Positions 5,553 through 13,541 of a DNA stretch of 24,000 nt are shown piece by piece (within the stretch, counting starts at the first letter, position 1; every line of letters starts with the position of its first letter). The DNA is from an uncultured Gammaproteobacteria bacterium (GTDB taxonomy: Bacteria; Patescibacteriota; Microgenomatia; UBA12405): assembly GCA_964596585.1 (NCBI GenBank), contig CAZQUM010000004.1, positions 1 through 24,000 on the forward strand, given 5' to 3'. Made by a program: the position numbers and the translations under genes. The notes beneath the pieces were generated by a model, which did not search any database, was not told where the DNA came from, and saw only the letters and a program-made list of their open reading frames with translations.

Positions 5553-6575
5553 ATGTTAATTTTAGCCATTGAAACTAGTTGCGATGATACTTGCGCTGCC
5601 GTTCTTAATAATCAGCGAATTTTAAGTAACGTCATTTCCTCTCAAATTAATCTTCATCATGACTGGGGGGGTGTTGTTCCCGATATAGCTAAAAGAGCCC
5701 ATCAGAAAAAAATTGAGCCAGTGGTAAATTTAGCCCTAAAGAGAGCCAAAATTACCCTCAGCGATATTGATCTAATAGCTGTTACCCAAGGACCGGGCTT
5801 ATCAATTGCTTTGGCGGTTGGTATTAATTACGCCAAAAAATTAGCCAAAGATTACAACAAAAAAATTATTGGTATTAATCATATCGAAGGCCATCTATTA
5901 TCAAATTTATTACAGAATAAAGAAGCCTTACCCCACCGGCAGGTTAAATTTCCTGCACTAAGTCTTACTGTTTCTGGAGGCCACACCAAAATTGTTCTTT
6001 TAAAAAATATTGGAGATTATCAAATTGTTGGAGAGACCTTGGATGATGCTGCTGGTGAAGCTCTAGACAAATCGGCAAAACTTATGGGGCTCGGTTATCC
6101 CGGTGGTCCAATTATTGAGAAATTAGCCAAAAGCGGCAACATTAATTTTCTAACTTTACCTCGACCTTTGGCAGACAAAAAAATACTCGATTATTCTTTT
6201 TCTGGGCTAAAAACTGCTTTTTATTACCAAATCAAAGATTGGCCTCAAGATAAAATTTTAAAAAATGTAAATCATCTTTCGGCATCTTTTCAAAATGCAG
6301 TTTTTGATACTTTAACCCGTAAATTTATTCTAGCTATTGAGAAATTTCACCCTCAAACCCTATTTCTTTCCGGTGGAGTTGCTGCAAATTTAAACTTGCG
6401 TTCCCGTCTTCGAAAAATTGCTAAAAATTATGCACTTCCTGTCTATTTCCCTTTCAAAAAAGAACTTAATACTGATAATGCCGCTATGATTGCTTTAACC
6501 GCTTTTTATCTTGCTCAAAAAAACCAATATTCCAATCTAGAATCATTAGATGTAAATCCTAATTTAGAGTTATAA
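5553..6575 (+). CDS. tsaD: tRNA N6-adenosine threonylcarbamoyltransferase TsaD (Kae1/YgjD family)
   Basis: 340 aa. Motifs present: ILAIETSCDDTCAAV, INHIEGH (metal-binding His pair), LTVSGGHT, GEALDK, GYPGGP, LSGGVAAN. Confidence 0.95.
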   Translation: MLILAIETSCDDTCAAVLNNQRILSNVISSQINLHHDWGGVVPDIAKRAHQKKIEPVVNLALKRAKITLSDIDLIAVTQGPGLSIALAVGINYAKKLAKDYNKKIIGINHIEGHLLSNLLQNKEALPHRQVKFPALSLTVSGGHTKIVLLKNIGDYQIVGETLDDAAGEALDKSAKLMGLGYPGGPIIEKLAKSGNINFLTLPRPLADKKILDYSFSGLKTAFYYQIKDWPQDKILKNVNHLSASFQNAVFDTLTRKFILAIEKFHPQTLFLSGGVAANLNLRSRLRKIAKNYALPVYFPFKKELNTDNAAMIALTAFYLAQKNQYSNLESLDVNPNLEL

Positions 6576-6581
6576 TTATTT

Positions 6582-6821
6582 ATGAGAATTCAACTTTTTG
6601 ATAGGGGATTGCCCGCAGGAAAAAAGCTTTTTTCAGATTTAGACGAAATCTGTCGTCGCCTTCAAATTGATGACCCCCAATACAGTCGGGACATGGGTTT
6701 AGTTTATTCCCGTGGTCTTCAGGGTAACACTATTTTACTAATCAACAATGAGGTTGTTCTAATTGATCAATATCCACCCAAATCCGAATTAGAGGCCATT
6801 TTATCCGATTATTTGAAATAA
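6582..6821 (+). CDS. Small thioredoxin-fold-like protein lacking the CxxC motif (hypothetical)
   Basis: 79 aa, 6 nt after tsaD. By eye the pattern MRIQLF.RGLPAGKKL....I.....I...........G......LLINNEVV......P...ELEAIL parallels the small 'redox-active disulfide protein 2' thioredoxin-like family. LPAG stands where C-x-x-C is expected. Confidence 0.45.
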   Translation: MRIQLFDRGLPAGKKLFSDLDEICRRLQIDDPQYSRDMGLVYSRGLQGNTILLINNEVVLIDQYPPKSELEAILSDYLK

Positions 6822-7541
6822 TTTTTTGGCATTATTATCAATAATTTTTTCTGTTTCTTCAAGATTTTTTTCCCAGATTTCCGAAACTTTCCGATAAATA
6901 TATTTTATATATTCTGGACGGTTTTTTTCTCCTCTATGAGGAATTGGTGCTAGAAAGGGAGAATCAGTCTCCAAAACTAATCTATTTTTAGGTATGTATT
7001 TTACGACTTCTTCCATTCCCAATTCATAAGTCAAATTTCCATCAATACCAAAATACCATCTTTCAGAAAGATCCAAAAATTTACTAATTCGTTTTTTTCC
7101 ACCGCTATAGCAATGAATTACCCCTCTTAAATCCTGGTATTTATTTAAGACTTGTAAAGTATCATCAGTGGCATTTCGAGAATGGACTATCAAGGCTTTG
7201 TTGTATTTCTGACTTAGCTTAATTTGTTTTTCAAAAAATTTTATTTGCAAATCCTTATCAATTTCACCCACAAATTCTAATCCGCATTCACCTACAGCCA
7301 CAATATCTTTATTTTCTATCAATAGCTTCTCTAAATTATTTATTTCTTCATTTACTTCTTCTCTTATCTCTTGTGGATGTATACCCACACTGGCCAATAG
7401 CTTTTTATCATTTTTAGCTAATTTAATATTTTCTTTTGAATCCACAATATTGCCTGCAGCTAAAATTACATATTCAAGCCCGTCTATATCACCCTCTTTA
7501 CGGTTAAATCTTGAAGTTAAATGGGCATGAGTATCAATCAT
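6801..7541 (-). CDS. tatD: TatD-family metal-dependent hydrolase/DNase
   Basis: 246 aa. N-terminal MIDTHAHL motif, with GECGLE, HSR and ETDSPFL motifs. Its start overlaps the metG stop (ATGA). The metG-tatD order is a conserved arrangement. Confidence 0.9.
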   Translation of the reverse strand: MIDTHAHLTSRFNRKEGDIDGLEYVILAAGNIVDSKENIKLAKNDKKLLASVGIHPQEIREEVNEEINNLEKLLIENKDIVAVGECGLEFVGEIDKDLQIKFFEKQIKLSQKYNKALIVHSRNATDDTLQVLNKYQDLRGVIHCYSGGKKRISKFLDLSERWYFGIDGNLTYELGMEEVVKYIPKNRLVLETDSPFLAPIPHRGEKNRPEYIKYIYRKVSEIWEKNLEETEKIIDNNAKKLFQIIG

Positions 7542-8944
7542 TTTATCCTTGGAAACAATCCGCTTTCTAGGCTCTTAATTTTCTTATTCAATTGACCTTT
7601 TATTTTTTGTGATGAGTTTGGCAACACTGGCTCTAAGTGTTCGGCTGCTATCAACAAATGTTTGGCGCATTTTTTCAAAACTTCAATTCTTCTATTATCG
7701 TTTTCTACCAATTTCCAAGGTTCAACTTCGTTTAATAAATTATTTGATTCATCAATATATTTGACAAAAACCCACTCTATTGCCTCACTTATTTTCAATT
7801 TATTAATTAAATTTACAAACTCTAAATCCAAAGAAATATTTTCAATATTTATTTCTATTCCTTGACCAAGCTTACAAACTCGACTGAGTAGATTTCCTAA
7901 ATTATTAGCCAAGTCGGCATTATATTTTTCTTTAAAACGAAGCATTCCTACATCCACATCTCCATTGTCGGGAAAAGAACTAGCAATTAAATATCGACTG
8001 GCATCAGCACCAAAAAGTTCTACCAATTCCTTAGGAGGAATGGTATTTCCTAATGATTTTGACATTTTTTGCCCATCAATTGTATAAAAATCATGAACAT
8101 ATATTTTTTTAGGTAATGGAAGACCTCTCGACATTAACATTGCTTGCCAAATTACTGCATGAAACCATAAAATTTCCTTACCTAAAAGATGTAAACTTGC
8201 TGGCCAAAAATTTGTTTTATTTTCTAAAAAACGTGTTGCACTATAATAATTTATTAATGCATCAATCCATACATAAATACTTTGATTTTTATCCCAAGGT
8301 GCAGGAATTCCCCAATCAACTTTTTCTCTGGTTACTGAAATATCGTTAACGCCTGTCTTTAATTTAGCCAATACTTCCGCTCTTTTACTTTCAGGAAAAA
8401 TATAATTAGTCTCATCATTTTCAATCAGGTCGATTATTTTAGGAACATATTTTGATAATTTAAAAAACCAATTTTCTTCACATTTTCTTTCAATTTTTTT
8501 ATTTGAATGTAAGGGGCATTGGCCATTAATCAGTTCTTTTTCTGTTTTAAAAGCTTCACAACCAGTACAATAAAAACCTTCATATTTATCTTTATAAATA
8601 TCTCCTTTTTCAAATATATCTTTTAAAAAATATTTAACTTCATTTTCATGTTTGGGGTCAGTTGTTCTAATAAAAAAATCATTGCTAATTTCTAATAAAT
8701 TCCATGCCTCTCTGAATTTTTCTGCTACCTCATCACAATATTTATTCACCTCTTGATGGTTTTTTTTAGCTACTTCAGCCACCTTTTCTCCATGTTCATC
8801 TGTTCCTGTCAAAAAAAATACTTCTTCTCCCAATTGACGATGTAATCGTGCTAATACATCTGCTATCACTGTAGTACACGCCGACCCAATACTCGGCTCA
8901 GCATTTATATAGTAGATGGGAGTTGTTATATAAAATCTTTTCAT
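7538..8944 (-). CDS. metG: Methionine--tRNA ligase, short form, with a non-canonical HIGH signature (SIGS)
   Basis: 468 aa. Motifs present: FYITTPIYY, GTDEHGEK, zinc knuckle CTGCEAF...CPLH, VDWGIP, YVWIDALINY, HLLGKEILWFH, KMSKSLGN, ANNLGNLLSR. The expected P-H-I-G-H reads P-S-I-G-S (AGT ATT GGG TCG, 8893..8882). Confidence 0.9.
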   Translation of the reverse strand: MKRFYITTPIYYINAEPSIGSACTTVIADVLARLHRQLGEEVFFLTGTDEHGEKVAEVAKKNHQEVNKYCDEVAEKFREAWNLLEISNDFFIRTTDPKHENEVKYFLKDIFEKGDIYKDKYEGFYCTGCEAFKTEKELINGQCPLHSNKKIERKCEENWFFKLSKYVPKIIDLIENDETNYIFPESKRAEVLAKLKTGVNDISVTREKVDWGIPAPWDKNQSIYVWIDALINYYSATRFLENKTNFWPASLHLLGKEILWFHAVIWQAMLMSRGLPLPKKIYVHDFYTIDGQKMSKSLGNTIPPKELVELFGADASRYLIASSFPDNGDVDVGMLRFKEKYNADLANNLGNLLSRVCKLGQGIEINIENISLDLEFVNLINKLKISEAIEWVFVKYIDESNNLLNEVEPWKLVENDNRRIEVLKKCAKHLLIAAEHLEPVLPNSSQKIKGQLNKKIKSLESGLFPRIK

Positions 8945-8953
8945 AAAAAAAGC

Positions 8954-9229
8954 CTACATCTTTTTGGTCGTTTTGACCGCTTTAGATTCAGCTTTTTTAG
9001 TGATTTTTTTAGCGTACCTTGACTTAAGTCGACTGACCTTATTTTTCTTGAATATGTTTTTCTTTAAGGATTTATCCAACATAGAACTTACTTCTGATAG
9101 AGTTTTTTTGTCAGGCGAACCCAAGAATTTCTTAGTGCTTTCTTTTAATTTAATTTTAAAAGCATTGTTTTCTTTTTTATTTTTTATTGATTTACGCAAA
9201 GATTTCTTTGCAGATCTTCCTATTGGCAT
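8954..9229 (-). CDS. rpsT: 30S ribosomal protein S20
   Basis: 91 aa, highly basic. N-terminal MPIGRSAKKSLRKS and ...NKVSRLKSRYAKK match the S20 pattern. First gene of a minus-strand operon with metG and tatD. Confidence 0.85.
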   Translation of the reverse strand: MPIGRSAKKSLRKSIKNKKENNAFKIKLKESTKKFLGSPDKKTLSEVSSMLDKSLKKNIFKKNKVSRLKSRYAKKITKKAESKAVKTTKKM

Positions 9230-9235
9230 GAAGCT

Positions 9236-9275
9236 ATTCTATCCTATCGCCATTTTTTTTACAATAATTTACAAT
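9236..9275. promoter_or_regulatory. Back-to-back -10 hexamers in the 51-bp rpsT/murJ divergent gap
   Basis: Minus TAGAAT (9241..9236) lies 6 nt before the rpsT ATG at 9229. Plus TACAAT (9270..9275) lies 5 nt before the murJ ATG at 9281. A second TACAAT at 9260..9265 belongs to the direct repeat TTACAATA. No Shine-Dalgarno sequence. Confidence 0.35.
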
Positions 9276-9280
9276 AGCGT

Positions 9281-10888
9281 ATGTCTTTTACCAACCGATT
9301 TAAAAAAATATTCTCCTCTCGTCAGAAAAGTATTTTTTCCGCTACTGTTATTTTAGCGATAACTTTCTTAATTTCTGCATTTTTAGGTTTTTTACGTACC
9401 CGCTTTCTTTATTCCACTTTTTTTAAATGTTGCGTTTTAGAACTTGATGCTTACAATGCTGCTTTTAGAATACCTGATTTGATTTTCAAGCTATTAGTTA
9501 CCGGAGCCCTATCAGCTTCTTTTATTCCAGTTTTTAGTAGCCAGCTTCATCGTAATCCCAAAAAAGCTTATCGCATGGCTTCTTCTCTCATTAATATTCT
9601 GTTGATTGCCTTCATTATTATTTCTTTGCTTGCCTTTATTTTTGCTCACCCTCTTTCAGCTTTAATTGCCAAGGGTTTTTCTCCCCAACAAATCCAATTA
9701 ATGGCCAGCCTCACCCGAGTACTACTTTTAGCCCAGATTTTTTTTCTGATAAGCAATTTTCTTACTGCCATTCTTCAAATAAAACAAGTTTTTATTATTC
9801 CTGCGCTTTCACCCATCCTTTATAACCTTTTTATAATTATAAGCATTTTTACTTTGGCCAAATTTTTTGGAATACATGGAGTAGTTTATGGTGCTGTTAT
9901 AGGCGCTTTTTTTCACATGGCGATTCAAATTCCTGCGGTTATTAAGGTGGGCTTCAAATATTCGCCTATTGTTGATTTTAAATTACCCGGAGTAAGTGAA
10001 ATATTGAGATTAATGCTTCCACGAACCTTATCGCTCGGATTGGCTGAAATCGAAAATACTATTACCTTATTTTTCGCTTCCGGATTATCAGCTGGCTCTA
10101 TTTCTCTTCTCAACCTTGCTCTTCAACTAATCTATTTACCCAGCCGTGTTTTTGGCACCACCGTTGGTCAAGCTTCTCTCCCAGTATTATCAAAAAATGT
10201 TGCCAAAAACCAACTTACTATTTTCCGTCAAACTGTTAGAAAAGCCCTTCTCCATAGTTTATATATTGCCCTACCTATTACCACCCTTGTTTTGATTGAA
10301 AGAGTTGGTATTGTCAGAATTGCTTTCGGTACTCGTCAATTTCCTTGGTCTGCCACCATTCTTACTGCCAAAACTTTAGCCTTTTTAACTCCAGCAATTG
10401 TTTGTCAGGCCGTTATCCAAATATTAATACGTTCGTTTTATGCTCTTCATGATACCAAAACACCCTTAAAAACATCCTTTATTTCCATATTTTCTAATAT
10501 AATTATTAGCTATTTTTTCGTAAATTTTACCTCGTTAGGAATTATCGGTTTATCAATTGGCGCTTCTGTCGGCAATATTATCCAATGTACGTTATTGCTT
10601 CTTCTCTTCTTAAAACGAGTTGATGGTCATGACTGGAAACCAGTATGGCAAAATATTTTTAAAATCTTTTCCGCTTCCCTTATTGCCAGTTTTATTGCTT
10701 GGGTTAGTATCCAGGTGTTGGATTTATTTATTCTCGATACCAGTCGTACTATTAGCGTTATTTTAGTCTTTATAATTTCTACCTTGTTAGGAGTAATTTC
10801 ATACCTAACTCTTACTTCTCTCTTTAAAATTCCCGAATTCGATTATTTTAAGTCATACTTACACCGCCTTTTACGTTTCTTTTCCTAA
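9281..10888 (+). CDS. murJ: Lipid II flippase MurJ (MviN family)
   Basis: 535 aa, polytopic. The signature region AAFRIPDLIFKLLVTGALSASFIPVFS is typical of MurJ/MviN. Confidence 0.9.
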   Translation: MSFTNRFKKIFSSRQKSIFSATVILAITFLISAFLGFLRTRFLYSTFFKCCVLELDAYNAAFRIPDLIFKLLVTGALSASFIPVFSSQLHRNPKKAYRMASSLINILLIAFIIISLLAFIFAHPLSALIAKGFSPQQIQLMASLTRVLLLAQIFFLISNFLTAILQIKQVFIIPALSPILYNLFIIISIFTLAKFFGIHGVVYGAVIGAFFHMAIQIPAVIKVGFKYSPIVDFKLPGVSEILRLMLPRTLSLGLAEIENTITLFFASGLSAGSISLLNLALQLIYLPSRVFGTTVGQASLPVLSKNVAKNQLTIFRQTVRKALLHSLYIALPITTLVLIERVGIVRIAFGTRQFPWSATILTAKTLAFLTPAIVCQAVIQILIRSFYALHDTKTPLKTSFISIFSNIIISYFFVNFTSLGIIGLSIGASVGNIIQCTLLLLLFLKRVDGHDWKPVWQNIFKIFSASLIASFIAWVSIQVLDLFILDTSRTISVILVFIISTLLGVISYLTLTSLFKIPEFDYFKSYLHRLLRFFS

Positions 10889-10913
10889 AATTTTTGTTTA
10901 TACTGAATATAGT

Positions 10914-11480
10914 ATGCCTCCTCCGAAAAAGGAGATTTCTTTGTTGCCCAGCGAAGAAAATCTCAACAGTCCTTTAGCCAAGATTACAAAATGGGCCACC
11001 TCGACTGGTCGGGTGGTTATTATTTTTGTGGAATTAATTGTAATCTTAGCTTTTTTATCCAGATTTTCACTTGATAGACGCAATGCGGACCTTTCTGAAA
11101 CTTTACGTCAACAAAAAGCAATATTAGCTAGCACTAAAGATTTTGAAAGTGATTATGTTTCTCTTCAAAAGCGTCTTTCTTATATCAAAGATTTTTACAG
11201 CAATGAGCCCCAATATGTCGCTCTAATTGATTCATTGGTCAGTAGCGTCCCCAATGATATATATTTCCAGCTTTTCACTTTTAAAAAAGATCCTGATAAT
11301 CAACAGTTGTATTGTCAGGCCCAACTGTATTCTTTTCAGGAGCAAAGTTTAATTGATTTTATTACCAATGTTGGGCTTAATCCGGACGTAGAATCTGTAA
11401 ATGTCCAAAAAATTGAGAAAAAAGCCAAAGATAATAAATACTTTCTCGATGTTACTATTTTCTTCAAAAAAAATGGATAA
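10914..11480 (+). CDS. pilN: PilN-like type IV pilus assembly protein (bitopic)
   Basis: 188 aa. N-terminal EISLLP (compare the PilN INLLP motif), one TM helix (VVIIFVELIVILAFL), a coiled coil, and a C-terminal alpha/beta region with L..LVSSVPNDIYF. The assignment rests on architecture and motif only. TATACT lies 9 nt upstream of the ATG. Confidence 0.5.
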   Translation: MPPPKKEISLLPSEENLNSPLAKITKWATSTGRVVIIFVELIVILAFLSRFSLDRRNADLSETLRQQKAILASTKDFESDYVSLQKRLSYIKDFYSNEPQYVALIDSLVSSVPNDIYFQLFTFKKDPDNQQLYCQAQLYSFQEQSLIDFITNVGLNPDVESVNVQKIEKKAKDNKYFLDVTIFFKKNG

Positions 11481-12063
11481 CATCAACATTTCTCGTTTAA
11501 ACCCACTTTTTGTGTATCTCAGAAAACAACGTGAAAACCAACGTTTTATGCGGTATTTAGAAATTAGCGCCACCTTCATTTTAATTACCTTTTTTGCTTT
11601 CTTTGCCCTTAAACCGACATTTTTTACTATTTCCAAGCTCTTAGGTGAAATCAAGTCTAAACAAAACTTAACCCAACAATTAAGAGAAAAAATTGACGAT
11701 GTTATTATTGCTCAAGATTTATTCTCCCAAGTTCAAGAAAGATATTATCTAGTAGATGCTAGTCTTCCAGAATCTCCCGGTCTTTATCGGACTAATTCTC
11801 AAATTAATTATGCAGCCAACAGTTCTGGGTTAAACCTATCGAAACTTGAATATAATTTGGATGAAAATGATTATTATTCCGTCAGTATTAATTCCGGAGC
11901 TTCTTTTTCTCAGGCATTAAGTTTACTCGGAGAAATTCTGAACAACCGTCGTCTGACTGAATTACAAAATCTCAGTTTTGCTGTTGATGAAGCCAGCATG
12001 GGTGCTCAACAGATAAATATGACCTTACCATTAAAGGTTTTTTATTGGCCACAAAATGAATAA
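11473..12063 (+). CDS. pilO: PilO-like pilus assembly protein (bitopic)
   Basis: I start at ATG 11473 (MDNINISRLNP...), which overlaps the upstream stop by 8 nt, rather than at 11401 inside the previous gene. One TM helix (ISATFILITFFAFFAL), a coiled coil (KSKQNLTQQLREKIDDV), then LVDASLPESPGL. Architecture-level call. Confidence 0.45.
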   Translation: MDNINISRLNPLFVYLRKQRENQRFMRYLEISATFILITFFAFFALKPTFFTISKLLGEIKSKQNLTQQLREKIDDVIIAQDLFSQVQERYYLVDASLPESPGLYRTNSQINYAANSSGLNLSKLEYNLDENDYYSVSINSGASFSQALSLLGEILNNRRLTELQNLSFAVDEASMGAQQINMTLPLKVFYWPQNE

Positions 12064-12265
12064 ACGAAAAATATCTGGCTATTTTCTTTTTTTATCAATT
12101 AGTACTTTTTTAGCAGTTTTTTTCTTTATCTTTCAAAAAAGCTATGACAATTTAATGAATGATTCTCTGATTGAAGAAAATGCTTCTATCAGCCAAGGTA
12201 TTTCTCCTAATCTTGATATCAAAGTTTTAGATGAAATCGAAAAAAGGCAGGGGATTTCTCCATGA
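12056..12265 (+). CDS. Small single-pass membrane protein (hypothetical, pilus-like operon)
   Basis: 69 aa. TM helix GYFLFLSISTFLAVFFFIF. Translationally coupled on both sides: an ATGAATAA overlap upstream and an ATGA overlap downstream. Confidence 0.45.
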   Translation: MNKRKISGYFLFLSISTFLAVFFFIFQKSYDNLMNDSLIEENASISQGISPNLDIKVLDEIEKRQGISP

Positions 12266-13521
12266 AAAGTAAAACAATCCCCACTATTTTAGGTATTTTT
12301 TTTCTTATAGCTATATTAGTGGCTGGAGTTATTCTTTCTACCAAAAGAACTAGTTTTGATTCTTCTGCAAGCTCTAGCTGTGAAGTGGTTAATCCTCAAA
12401 TTACCAATCTCACTCATTTTTCCTTCGACCTTTCTTTTACCACCACTGGTGACAATTGTTCACCAACCTTATCTGTGAATAATAAAATTTATGAAGATTT
12501 ATCAAAAAGTGCTACCACCCATTATTTTAGGGTTGCTGGCTTGCAGCCAAAAGCTGACTATGAATATAAAGTAATTTCTGGAGGTAAAACTTTTGCCCCC
12601 ATTCTTTTTCGAGTGACTACGGCTTCTAAACCTTCAGGAGCTACTCCTAGCTCAAATTTAGCTTGGGGTAGGGTATTAGACGAGAACCTTGAACCAGTTT
12701 CTAATGCGCTGCTTTATTTGAGTCTCTCCGGGGCTCAACCTCTTTCTGCCCTAACTAATGCTCAGGGACAATGGAACATTCCATTGTCCAACACCTTCAA
12801 TGAAAATAAAAATGCTTGGTTTACACCCCAGGACACCCAAACTGAAACTATTGTTGTTTATAGTTCAAATAATCAGGTTATTTCCGTAGACAATAAAACA
12901 GACAACAACGATCCGGTCCCAGACATCATTTTTGGTTCAGATAATTTTCAAACCGACAACCCCATCCAAACCAATATTCCTCTTACAAATAATTTAACTC
13001 AAAATTATGTAACCCTTTCCATTAATAGTCCCAACGAAGGGGAAACTATTTATACCCAAAGACCGGATATTTTTGGAACAGGACAGGCTGGATCTGTTTT
13101 TAATATTAATATAGGCGGACAAGAAAGTAATATTACTGTACCAGCCGACAATACTTGGCATTGGTCACCATCGGAAAATCTAAGCAATGGCCCTCATAGC
13201 ATTTTTTTAAGTTATCAAGAAACTAATATTACTCGTAATTTTGTTGTCGCCGCTGGCAATCAATCAAATTTGTCCTTTACCGCCACTCCCTCAGCCACCT
13301 TATTTCCTACTCAATTACCATCTCCTTCTCCCACCTTATTTATTGCTCCTACTACAGTAGTTCCCACCAATACTCCCGAGCCAACCACAACTATAAGAAC
13401 TGCTAAAATTTCAACCACCTCTAGCTTGATAGAAAGTGGCACATCCTTCCCCACCATTTTGCTGGCAATCATAGCCTTCTTGCTTTTCAGTATTTCTTTT
13501 TATTATTACCAAGAAAATTAG
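12262..13521 (+). CDS. Multi-domain surface protein: N-terminal TM/signal anchor, FN3-like, carboxypeptidase-regulatory-like and Ig-like domains, Pro/Thr/Ser stalk, C-terminal TM anchor
   Basis: 419 aa. FN3-like stretch ITNLTHFSFDLSFTT...HYFRVAGLQPKADYEYKV. Prealbumin-like stretch GRVLDENLEPVSNALLYL...TNAQGQWNIPL. Ig-like stretch LSINSPNEGETIYTQRPDIFGTGQAGSVFNINI. Stalk TPSATLFPTQLPSPSPTLFIAPTTVVPTNTPEPTTT. C-terminal FPTILLAIIAFLLFSISFYYY. An SD-like AGGGGA lies upstream. Confidence 0.7.
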   Translation: MKSKTIPTILGIFFLIAILVAGVILSTKRTSFDSSASSSCEVVNPQITNLTHFSFDLSFTTTGDNCSPTLSVNNKIYEDLSKSATTHYFRVAGLQPKADYEYKVISGGKTFAPILFRVTTASKPSGATPSSNLAWGRVLDENLEPVSNALLYLSLSGAQPLSALTNAQGQWNIPLSNTFNENKNAWFTPQDTQTETIVVYSSNNQVISVDNKTDNNDPVPDIIFGSDNFQTDNPIQTNIPLTNNLTQNYVTLSINSPNEGETIYTQRPDIFGTGQAGSVFNINIGGQESNITVPADNTWHWSPSENLSNGPHSIFLSYQETNITRNFVVAAGNQSNLSFTATPSATLFPTQLPSPSPTLFIAPTTVVPTNTPEPTTTIRTAKISTTSSLIESGTSFPTILLAIIAFLLFSISFYYYQEN

Positions 13522-13526
13522 CTTTT

Positions 13527-13535
13527 TGATATCAT
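13527..13535 (+). promoter_or_regulatory. Extended -10 element (TGaTATCAT) 6 nt upstream of GTG 13542
   Basis: TGATATCAT-tacatt-GTG. Same geometry as at 22927 and 3814. Confidence 0.35.
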
Positions 13536-13541
13536 TACATT

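Noticed and set aside
5663-5669. G7 homopolymer in tsaD as a possible slippage or phase-variation site
   Set aside because: It encodes the conserved W-G-G of TsaD (GAC TGG GGG GGT). The frame is intact, so there is no sign of variation.
7662-8349. Two plus-strand ORFs (7662..7865, 8116..8349) inside metG
   Set aside because: Antisense to metG, with no motifs. They are typical AT-rich shadow ORFs.
8964-9356. 130-aa plus-strand ORF spanning rpsT and the murJ start
   Set aside because: It is antisense to the recognisable S20 gene and out of frame with murJ, so it is not credible.
9925-11654. Minus-strand ORFs 9925..10113, 10898..11083 and 11349..11654
   Set aside because: All are antisense to murJ or to the PilN/PilO-like genes and show no motifs or upstream signals.
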